A stretch of 34,315 bases of DNA, taken from positions 1 to 34,315 of the forward strand of contig JAVZNT010000011.1 of the NCBI GenBank assembly GCA_038882655.1. The letters are read 5' to 3'. Both the position numbers and the translations under genes were made by a program. Shown piece by piece: positions 27,058-34,315 of this stretch (within the stretch, counting starts at the first letter, position 1; each line of letters starts with the position of its first letter). The notes beneath the pieces are model-generated. The model searched no databases. It worked only from the letters and a program-made list of their open reading frames with translations, and was not told the DNA's origin. The stretch is from Candidatus Bathyarchaeia archaeon. GTDB taxonomy: Archaea > Thermoproteota > Bathyarchaeia > Bathyarchaeales > Bathycorpusculaceae.

Positions 27058-29478
27058 GTGAAAGCCGTTGAAGAAGCTAAAGTTGGAGTCTTCCTATCCG
27101 ACTGCGGTGGGCAAATAGCAAAAATCCTCGACTTTGAAGCCTTAACAAACTTTGTTAAGGCTGTTCCGGGAGTTGCCCTTGTTGCCCGAGGAAGCGAGTT
27201 TTGGCGGGGCGAAGGCCTAAAAACCATAGTAGACGCCATTAAAACTAAAAAGGTAAACCGCGTCGTCGTCGCAGAGACTATTCCAAAAATAAGCGAAATA
27301 GTTGTTGCAAAAGCCGTTGAAGAGGCTGGACTCAATCCGCATTTAGTGGAGGTTTTAGACCTTAAAGACCATTGTGCATGGCCCCACAAGGACACGCCAA
27401 AAGAGGCTACTGAAAAAGCGAAGGCAATGCTTCTAGCCGCCATCGAAAAAGCCAAACTTCTAGAACCAATAGAGAAAGCCGAATTTCCAGCTGTCAAATC
27501 TGTCCTCGTTATTGGCGGCGGAATAGCTGGAATGCAGGCAGCTGAAGATTTGGCGGATATGGGCTTCCAAGTCCACTTAATAGAAAAAGAGCCTTTTGTA
27601 GGCGGTTTGGCCGCTAAAGCCGTTCGCTTCTTCCCCACAGACGACTGTGCCATATGCATTCAGTCTCCAGCAACGGACCTAAAAACCGTGACCCAAACAT
27701 CGAGGAAATGCGTTTACCGTTCCGGCTTCTCGGAGATTCCAAACTTGAGTGTTTTGACAAACGCTAAAGTCGTTAAGGTTGAGGGCGGCCCGGGAAACTT
27801 CAAGGTGACTGTTGAACGGAAACCCCGCTACGTGGACGAGAAAAAGTGTGTGGCATGCGACCTATGCACAAGCGTCTGTCCCGTCGAAGTGCCAGACGAA
27901 TATAACGCCAAGCTCACAAAGCGGAAAGCCATCTACATAAACAAGCCTTTGGTTTACCCGCCAGCCTACGCCATAGACGCCAAAGCCTGCAAGTTCCATG
28001 AATGCGCCAAATGCGTTGAGGTTTGCCCAACAAAAGCCATCAATCTGGACCAGAAAATTGAACATGTGACACTTAACGTCGGGAGCATAATTGTGGCTAC
28101 CGGCTTCCGTGAATACGACCCAAGTGTCATAAAGGAGTACCATTATGGCGAATATCCAGACGTGATAACGCATCTGGAACTGGCGAGGATGCTGGACGCC
28201 TTCGGCCCAGTTGGAGGCGTGCCCATTAGGCCCTCAGATAGGAAACCGGCAAAACGCATTGTCTTTGTGCAGTGTGTTGGTTCAAGGGACCGGCGCTGGA
28301 ACCCCTACTGTTCAAGCATTTGCTGTATGATTTCGCTGAAGCATGCAACACTGATTAAGGAGGAGTTTCCAGACGCGGATGTGACCATATGCTACATAGA
28401 CATCCGCACAACAGGCAGAGAACACGAATACTATTATGAAAAAGCCAGAGAAATGGGCGTGAAATTTGTTAAGGGAAGGCCATCCGAAATAATCCACGAC
28501 CCAGCCACAAACACGCTGATTGTTGAGGTTGAAGACGAGCTTCTGAGAAGGCTTATGGAATTGGAAGCCGACTTGGTGGTTTTAGCCACAGCCATGGTCC
28601 CATCAGAAGACACGAAAGAGCTGGCGAAAATCTTAGGCATAGAGTTAGATCAAGACGGCTTCTTTAAGGAGTACAACGCCAAGCTTAGGCCTACTGAAAC
28701 AAAGCGGAGGGGCATATTCATATGCGGAGGCGCCGTCTTCCCAAAGGACGCCCCAACAGCTTCGCTTCATGCCCATTCTGCGGCTGTTAAGGCGGCCAAG
28801 TTCCTCATGAACGGTAAAATCACCAAAGACTTGAAAGTGGCTGTAGTCAACCAAGACTATTGTGGCAACTGCCAATTCTGTCCGGTAACATGTCCATATG
28901 GCGCCATAACACTTGAGCCGAAAGGCGACAGCCACTTCGTGGCTAAAATTTCAGAATTATTGTGCGAGGGCTGCGGCGTCTGTGTTGGCACATGCCCAGT
29001 TGGAGCCATAGAACTGCGCCACCTAAGGCCAAACCAAATATACGCCCAAATAAAGGCGCTGCTATCTGTTAATGGTGCTTCTAAACCGCTGGTGCTGGCC
29101 TTCAGCTGTTCAGAATGCGGCAACGCAGCAGTGGACTCTTCTGGAATGGCTATGATGAGCTATCCAGCCAACGTCAGAGTTTTGCGAGTCCCATGCACTG
29201 GCATAGTTCAAGTCCAGCATATCCTAGAAGCCTTCAAGGCTGGAGCCCAGGGCGTTATGGTGGTTGGCTGCAAGCCCGACGGATGCCACTACGAGGTTGG
29301 AAGCCAAAAGGCCCAAAAGAAAGTGGAAATGGCGAAGATGCTCCTCCAAGCCTACGGCATAGAACCGAAAAGACTCGAAATGTTCAATCTAGTCTACATA
29401 GAAGGCGACAAATTCGCAGAAGCAGCCAAAGCCATGACAGAAAAAGTGGAAAGGCTAGGCAACCTCCAACTCGCCTAG
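27058..29478 (+). CDS. hdrA: Heterodisulfide reductase subunit A (HdrA-2) fused to an intact MvhD domain; N-terminal Fe-S domain degenerate
   Basis: GGGIAG, FPTDDCAIC, two ferredoxin domains, CVGSRD, YCSSICC, FPKD, then MvhD (FSCSEC, RVPCTG, GCKPDGCHY). Start GTG 27058 behind GGAGG; the track's 26899 start overlaps mvhA. Confidence 0.92.
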   Translation: MKAVEEAKVGVFLSDCGGQIAKILDFEALTNFVKAVPGVALVARGSEFWRGEGLKTIVDAIKTKKVNRVVVAETIPKISEIVVAKAVEEAGLNPHLVEVLDLKDHCAWPHKDTPKEATEKAKAMLLAAIEKAKLLEPIEKAEFPAVKSVLVIGGGIAGMQAAEDLADMGFQVHLIEKEPFVGGLAAKAVRFFPTDDCAICIQSPATDLKTVTQTSRKCVYRSGFSEIPNLSVLTNAKVVKVEGGPGNFKVTVERKPRYVDEKKCVACDLCTSVCPVEVPDEYNAKLTKRKAIYINKPLVYPPAYAIDAKACKFHECAKCVEVCPTKAINLDQKIEHVTLNVGSIIVATGFREYDPSVIKEYHYGEYPDVITHLELARMLDAFGPVGGVPIRPSDRKPAKRIVFVQCVGSRDRRWNPYCSSICCMISLKHATLIKEEFPDADVTICYIDIRTTGREHEYYYEKAREMGVKFVKGRPSEIIHDPATNTLIVEVEDELLRRLMELEADLVVLATAMVPSEDTKELAKILGIELDQDGFFKEYNAKLRPTETKRRGIFICGGAVFPKDAPTASLHAHSAAVKAAKFLMNGKITKDLKVAVVNQDYCGNCQFCPVTCPYGAITLEPKGDSHFVAKISELLCEGCGVCVGTCPVGAIELRHLRPNQIYAQIKALLSVNGASKPLVLAFSCSECGNAAVDSSGMAMMSYPANVRVLRVPCTGIVQVQHILEAFKAGAQGVMVVGCKPDGCHYEVGSQKAQKKVEMAKMLLQAYGIEPKRLEMFNLVYIEGDKFAEAAKAMTEKVERLGNLQLA

Positions 29479-29511
29479 CTAAAGACGAAGATTCCCATGG
29501 AGTGAGCAAAA

Positions 29512-30018
29512 ATGGCTGAAGAAAAACCCCTTGACTTCGCAAGGGAGATAACAAGCAGACTCGGCGGAGAAACAATAACACGCTGTTACCAGTGCGGCAC
29601 ATGCGCCAGCGCATGCCCAGTCGCAAGAACAACCGAGCGCTACAACCCCCGCCAAATAATAAGACTAGCCCTTCTGGGACAGAGAGACGAGGTTCTCAAA
29701 GGCGGTGCTATATGGCTTTGCGCCTCATGCTACAACTGCCAAGAACGCTGCCCCCAAAAAGTTGAGATTGCAGACTTGATATACGCCTTAAGAAACATAG
29801 CCATCAGAGAAGGCAACATGCCTGCCGTATACACAGAATTCGCAGCGGGACTCATAAGTGAAGGACGCCTGGCTCCAATATCAAAATTCTTGGAAAAGAA
29901 AAGAGCAGACTATGGCTTGCCACCGCTAAAACCAACAGGCATAGAAGATATCAAAAAGATTCTAGCGGCAACAGGTTTCGACAAAATCATGTTTAAGAAA
30001 GAAGGTGCACCACAATGA
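29512..30018 (+). CDS. hdrC: Heterodisulfide reductase subunit C
   Basis: CYQCGTCASACP, YNPRQII, IWLCASCYNCQERCP. Confidence 0.93.
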   Translation: MAEEKPLDFAREITSRLGGETITRCYQCGTCASACPVARTTERYNPRQIIRLALLGQRDEVLKGGAIWLCASCYNCQERCPQKVEIADLIYALRNIAIREGNMPAVYTEFAAGLISEGRLAPISKFLEKKRADYGLPPLKPTGIEDIKKILAATGFDKIMFKKEGAPQ

Positions 30019-30890
30019 CAAGCTACGCCCTATTTTTGGGCTGCACAATACCAGCCCGCCAACCCCACTACGAACTCGCAGCAAGAAAAGCCCTAACAAA
30101 ACTTGGAATACAACTCGTAGACATGGAAGGCGCAACATGCTGCGCCCCACCGCCGCTTCAGTCTATAGACTTAGAGACAAGCCTTGCAATAGCCGCCTAC
30201 AACATTTGCCTAGCAGAAGAAGCAGACCTAAACATAATCACGCTTTGCACCGGATGCTTCGAATCCCTAACCATCGCCAACCACCTCCTAAAAGGAAAAC
30301 CAGAACTGCGCGAAAAAATTAACAAAATTTTGGCTGAGGTTGGTAAAGAGTTTAAAGGCACAAAAGAGGTTAGGCATTACCTACAAGTTTTAATTAACAA
30401 TATAGGCGTAGACCGCCTAAAACAAACCATAGTTAAGCCCCTAAGCAACCTTAAGGTAGCCGCCTTCTCTGGATGCCACCTATTACGCCCAAGCGAACTT
30501 CTACGCTTTGATGACCCAGAACGCCCCCGTATATTCGACACCCTAATAGAGACTCTTGGAGCCAAAAGCATACCCTATAAGAACAAGCTTCGATGCTGTG
30601 GAGGGCTTCTCAGAGGCTATGCGGATGATGTGGCATTAGCCATAGCAAGAGACAAAATTGTAAACGCCTACAACGCCGGGGCAGACTGCATATCAACCCT
30701 ATGCCCCTTCTGCTTCCTAACCCTAGACCTTGGACAAATGCTAATAAAAACAACCTACAAGGAAGAGTACAACTTACCAATAATTCACTACGCTGAACTG
30801 TTAAGCCTAAGTCTAGGCGTGGAGCCAAAAGAACTTGCATTAGACTTTCACAAGGTAAAAATAGACAAAGTTTTAGAAAAGATAGGCTGA
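30015..30890 (+). CDS. hdrB: Heterodisulfide reductase subunit B
   Basis: YALFLGCTIP, TCCAPP, LCTGC, FSGCHLLRP, RCCGG, LCPFC; ATGA overlap with hdrC. Confidence 0.93.
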   Translation: MTSYALFLGCTIPARQPHYELAARKALTKLGIQLVDMEGATCCAPPPLQSIDLETSLAIAAYNICLAEEADLNIITLCTGCFESLTIANHLLKGKPELREKINKILAEVGKEFKGTKEVRHYLQVLINNIGVDRLKQTIVKPLSNLKVAAFSGCHLLRPSELLRFDDPERPRIFDTLIETLGAKSIPYKNKLRCCGGLLRGYADDVALAIARDKIVNAYNAGADCISTLCPFCFLTLDLGQMLIKTTYKEEYNLPIIHYAELLSLSLGVEPKELALDFHKVKIDKVLEKIG

Positions 30891-30985
30891 AACACATCCA
30901 TACCTCATTTCAACAACTTTTCTTTTAATTTTGTTAGAAAGTGTTAAAAGCTTACGATAAGGCATTAGGTTTTGAGGATGCTGGG

Positions 30986-31183
30986 ATGAAGATTACAGCC
31001 CTTAAAGAGCATAAATGCTTCTGTTGCGGGGGAGCCATTAGAAAGGGCGAGGAATGCTTCGTATTTATCGTTAATCCTGAAAATCCAAACAGAAGCGAAT
31101 TTGATGTTATTTACACTTGTGCAAAATGTGCTGAGGAAGAGGCTTGTCGAAGAAGGATTAAACAAAAAGGTGTTGCTGTTTAA
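30986..31183 (+). CDS. Small Cys-rich putative zinc-binding protein (65 aa)
   Basis: CFCC...C...CAKC...C; ATG 30986 preceded by GAGGA. Confidence 0.6.
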   Translation: MKITALKEHKCFCCGGAIRKGEECFVFIVNPENPNRSEFDVIYTCAKCAEEEACRRRIKQKGVAV

Positions 31184-31194
31184 CGCTTCATGCC

Positions 31195-31659
31195 TTAATT
31201 TCTATAGTTCACGGTTGTCTTTAGCTTTGGAATCTCCACCTCTAAAGCCTTATTATTGTTACACTTTATAATCATGTTTTCAACTTGCAGCTCGTCAGTT
31301 GGAAGGTTAAGTTTCCAACATGTATTTTCTAGGCATATTTGTAAGCCGTCATCAAATTTATTGAGCGTTACCCGTTGATCCTTGCAGCGGCACTGCATCA
31401 AAACCTTAACATAATTTTCATCTTCGAAAATGTCTATTAAGGGCTCCTCAGCATGAGGCAATGGAATAAAATGTTTTGCTGTTGGGCTTTCCTCAAACCT
31501 TTCCTCAATAACATACTTCTTTTTCAAAAGCCTATCTATAGGCTCCAAGGGGTTCTCGCCTCTAGGTTCCTCTTCTTTGAGGCTTTCCACCAGTTTTTTA
31601 GCTAAAACTTTGCAGAAGACGTCTATATTCCTCAAAGCCTCTTCAAAATCATCACTCAT
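31195..31659 (-). CDS. Divergent Hsp20/alpha-crystallin-like protein
   Basis: EEPLIDIFEDENYVKV and NNKALEVEIPK resemble the first and last strands of archaeal small heat-shock proteins; five Cys residues are atypical. Confidence 0.6.
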   Translation of the reverse strand: MSDDFEEALRNIDVFCKVLAKKLVESLKEEEPRGENPLEPIDRLLKKKYVIEERFEESPTAKHFIPLPHAEEPLIDIFEDENYVKVLMQCRCKDQRVTLNKFDDGLQICLENTCWKLNLPTDELQVENMIIKCNNNKALEVEIPKLKTTVNYRN

Positions 31660-31749
31660 GACGTCTTCCTCTAATAGTTATTTTACATTTCATTCTATTT
31701 AACTTTGTTATTTCAAGCTTAGCTGAATTATGCACTATGCTTTTGAAAA

Positions 31750-32823
31750 CTATTTCTTTCCAATAGCCAACGGCAAAGTCCTAACATGCTTAACAGCCCG
31801 AACAACATCACCAACATATTTACCAGGATCTTCTAGAGCTCTGTTTATGGCTATTTCAGCTATTGTTGCGCCTTTGTCGGCAATCTTGCTTAGGCAGGAG
31901 AGAATGGACCTCACATAGGGGATTTCTGGGGCTTCCCTCATAAGCCTATTTGAGTCTACTTCAAGCACTTTTCTCATTTCCAGTAGCTGGTTTGCCACCT
32001 TCAAATCCCTTGTGAAGATGCATTCAATAGCCTTCTGAAGAATTGTCTGGGTTAGCTCACTTAAATGGAATATTCGGTCGACAACATCCTCTGGAAGCCT
32101 ATTTCTATAAATTTCCATTTCAAGAACCTCTCTAGCTAAGTCTTCAGAATAATCTGCAATCAACTCCAAATACTGCAGAATCAGCCTAGCAGCCGGTATG
32201 AAAAGCACGTCCACCATGCCAACCTCTTCGGCTATGGCTGGCTTTACCTGTGCTGATAAAAGAAGACGTACCGCCAAATAGTAGATTTTGTCCGCTTCGT
32301 CTTCTCTGGCTATTGCCTCCTCCACAATATCATATTTTTTCTCTTTAAAGCCCTGCATTGCCTCAGAAAGTATGGTTGAAGCTATGAGCGCAAGCCTTCG
32401 TATGAGCATGTCAAGCTTAAACTTTGTAGAATCTATAGAGCATTGCAAGAGTATGCTTTTAGGAGTCTCTTCAAGAATGCCCAGCCCAATGAGTTTTTGA
32501 ACTATCCTTCGAACTTCGTCTATATGGTTTTTGCCTATGCGGCTTGTAGAAATCACCCGTATAACATCCCGCCCAAGAATATAGCTTCCGACAATAATCC
32601 TTTCAAGCATGCCAGGCTCGTCGCATGCATCAGCATTTACAATATATTCCTCAGCTTCTTCCTTTTGGGCTATATGCCTCGGCATTATTTTTAGGGAACC
32701 ATCTCTTTCCGGCATTATGAATAGTAGGTCTCGCGGTTTTATGCCTTGTTCTTTAATCCATTCGTTTGGAAGCGAAACAGTCATTGTTGAGTGTCCTACT
32801 CTTTGAACTTTTCTAATTTCCAA
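31750..32823 (-). CDS. AbrB/SpoVT-PhoU domain regulator (archaeal phosphate-uptake regulator family)
   Basis: RKVQRVGHSTMTVSLPNEW (AbrB-like N-terminus), GSYILG, GLGILEET and two PhoU-type helical repeats (EDEADKIY, LELIADY, LSKIAD). Confidence 0.88.
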   Translation of the reverse strand: MEIRKVQRVGHSTMTVSLPNEWIKEQGIKPRDLLFIMPERDGSLKIMPRHIAQKEEAEEYIVNADACDEPGMLERIIVGSYILGRDVIRVISTSRIGKNHIDEVRRIVQKLIGLGILEETPKSILLQCSIDSTKFKLDMLIRRLALIASTILSEAMQGFKEKKYDIVEEAIAREDEADKIYYLAVRLLLSAQVKPAIAEEVGMVDVLFIPAARLILQYLELIADYSEDLAREVLEMEIYRNRLPEDVVDRIFHLSELTQTILQKAIECIFTRDLKVANQLLEMRKVLEVDSNRLMREAPEIPYVRSILSCLSKIADKGATIAEIAINRALEDPGKYVGDVVRAVKHVRTLPLAIGKK

Positions 32824-32949
32824 ACGTTTCCCTCTACTTACAGTATTTACTTTAACATATTTATTTATTCTATATTTTCTATTTACGTTAGATATATATC
32901 TTTCGCTTTGTTCTATATATCACGCAGATGTAAAGGAGGTTGATGTGAA

Positions 32950-33540
32950 ATGTCTGAATGGAAAACCGTAAGCATAAGGCAAGAGCTAATAAAAGAAATC
33001 GAGAGACTCCTAAGGACAGGACGCTACAGAAGCATATCAGAATTCGTCTCAGAAGCTATAAGGCTACGCTTGGAAGAATTGATGAGGGCTGAGGGAATTC
33101 CAGCCGCAAAACGTGAAGAGCTTTTGGCAATACCGGAACAGCTGCTATACACGCCAAAGCATACATGGGCACAAATAACTCCTGAAGGAAACATCCGTGT
33201 GGGTGTTTCAGACTACGCTCAGAGGCATCTCAAAGGCATTGCAAACATAATGACCGATCCTGTTGGGAAGGAAATAGCAAAAATGGAGCCCTTCGGTGTG
33301 GCTGAAACTTGGATGTTTATGTTTGATTTATACGCGCCCGTAAGCGGCAAAATTGTTAAAATTAACGAACAATTGAAGGATAAGCCTTACTTGGTGAATG
33401 AGGATCCATATGGTGAGGGCTGGATAATTGAGATTAAGCCCAAAAACTCTTTGACGCTTGAGGAGGAGCTCAAAAGCCTTCTAGGCTCTAGGGAGTACAA
33501 CAAGTGGGTTAGCAAGCTTGAGGGAAGACTCCGCGAATAA
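32950..33540 (+). CDS. Ribbon-helix-helix domain fused to a glycine-cleavage H-protein-like domain lacking the lipoyl-lysine
   Basis: N-terminal WKTVSIRQELIKEIERLL..GRYRSISEFVSEAIRLRL is CopG/RHH-like. The C-terminal LLYTPKHTW, RVGVSDYAQ, YAPVSG, VNEDPYGEGWI match GcvH. Strong RBS AGGAGGT. Confidence 0.9.
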   Translation: MSEWKTVSIRQELIKEIERLLRTGRYRSISEFVSEAIRLRLEELMRAEGIPAAKREELLAIPEQLLYTPKHTWAQITPEGNIRVGVSDYAQRHLKGIANIMTDPVGKEIAKMEPFGVAETWMFMFDLYAPVSGKIVKINEQLKDKPYLVNEDPYGEGWIIEIKPKNSLTLEEELKSLLGSREYNKWVSKLEGRLRE

Positions 33541-33548
33541 ACTGTCCA

Positions 33549-33569
33549 TTTCCCCTTCTTTTTCTTTTT
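33549..33569 (+). terminator. Putative archaeal oligo-T terminator
   Basis: Pyrimidine tract TTTCCCCTTCTTTTTCTTTTT immediately after the RHH-GcvH stop codon. Confidence 0.5.
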
Positions 33570-33663
33570 GAAAATTTTATGTTATGCTTATGTTACGTTT
33601 GATTTAGATGGCTTAATATATCAGGTTTAACATTCAAATATGCTTCTAAGAAGGCTGGTTAGC

Positions 33664-34315
33664 TTGACGGAAAAACCCCCTCAAGAGGTTAGGAAATTAC
33701 CGCCTTGTCGGGCAGCATGCCCAGCGCATGTCAATGTTCAGGCTTATGTGGCTCTTATTCAAAGGGGCAAGTTCAAAGAAGCCGTTGAAGTTATAAGGCG
33801 AGATTTGCCTTTTCCGGCTATTTGTGGGCGAGTTTGCTTCAGCCCATGTGAAGATGCTTGCGCACGGGTTAACCTTGACCAAGCAGTAGCTGTGCGCGCC
33901 TTGAAAAGACTTGTAGCGGACATCGAACGTGAACAAGGAAGAGTTGTCGCCGAACCGGTGCCAAAAAAGTACAGCGAAAAAATCGCCATAATCGGTGCTG
34001 GACCAGCTGGATTGACAGCGGCTTACGAACTCGCGAAGCTGGGTTATCCTGTTACAGTTTTTGAGCGGATGGCTGAGCCCGGCGGCATGATGCGCTACTG
34101 CATACCAGACTTCCGCTTGGAAAAATTCGTTGTTGCGAATGAGATAGCCTACATTAAGGACGTAGGTGTTGAAATTAAAACTGGTGTTGAGTTTGGCAAG
34201 GACATAACCATTGAAAACCTTAAAAAGGACGGTTATAAGGCAATTTTCTTTGCCATTGGCACACAATTGGGCATGAAGTTAAACGTGCCAGGCGAAGACT
34301 TAGAAGGCGTAATAA
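33664..34315 (+). CDS. GltD/NfnB-like Fe-S flavoprotein, 3'-truncated by the window edge (absent from the ORF track)
   Basis: Hand translation from TTG 33664 (in-frame ATG 33640 possible): [60 protein letters not shown]; no stop before the end. Confidence 0.9.
   Translation, partial: MTEKPPQEVRKLPPCRAACPAHVNVQAYVALIQRGKFKEAVEVIRRDLPFPAICGRVCFSPCEDACARVNLDQAVAVRALKRLVADIEREQGRVVAEPVPKKYSEKIAIIGAGPAGLTAAYELAKLGYPVTVFERMAEPGGMMRYCIPDFRLEKFVVANEIAYIKDVGVEIKTGVEFGKDITIENLKKDGYKAIFFAIGTQLGMKLNVPGEDLEGVI

Noticed and set aside
26856-27659. 267-aa minus-strand ORF and the many other short ORFs nested in long genes
   Set aside because: Antisense or alternate-frame shadows of well-supported genes, with no motifs of their own.
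33697-34266. 189-aa and 76-aa minus-strand ORFs
   Set aside because: Shadows of the plus-strand GltD-like gene, which the track omitted because it has no stop inside the window.

Overview
Archaeal chromosomal window. The gene content, style and D-loop tRNA intron suggest TACK, most likely Bathyarchaeia (inference, not a database result). The left end is housekeeping: dnaG (partial), a family B DNA polymerase whose three proofreading motifs are degenerate, an intron-containing tRNA-Arg(UCU) and leuS. Most of the rest is an anaerobic redox and acetate region. It contains two HdrA-MvhD fusion genes, hdrD-like, trxB, a tandem (ferredoxin-MvhD)x2 protein co-transcribed with nfnAB/sudBA, an OFA-type MFS transporter plus acs divergent from an ADP-forming acyl-CoA ligase-GNAT fusion, and mvhG-mvhA-hdrA/mvhD-hdrC-hdrB. 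At the right end an AbrB-PhoU regulator faces an RHH-GcvH fusion, followed by a partial GltD-like flavoprotein. Best candidates for undescribed biology: (1) the two HdrA paralogues have lost complementary cofactor sites, suggesting an asymmetric heterodimer; (2) a ribbon-helix-helix protein fused to an H-protein domain whose lipoyl-lysine is replaced by Met in a hydrophobic WMFMF hairpin; (3) a double Fd-MvhD adaptor upstream of NfnAB; (4) an apparently proofreading-dead but polymerase-intact PolB. A small variable patch at about 16.1-18.1 kb holds hairpin repeats, a G-quadruplex-like tract, orphan genes and a ligase pseudogene. No CRISPR array, rRNA or intact mobile element was seen.
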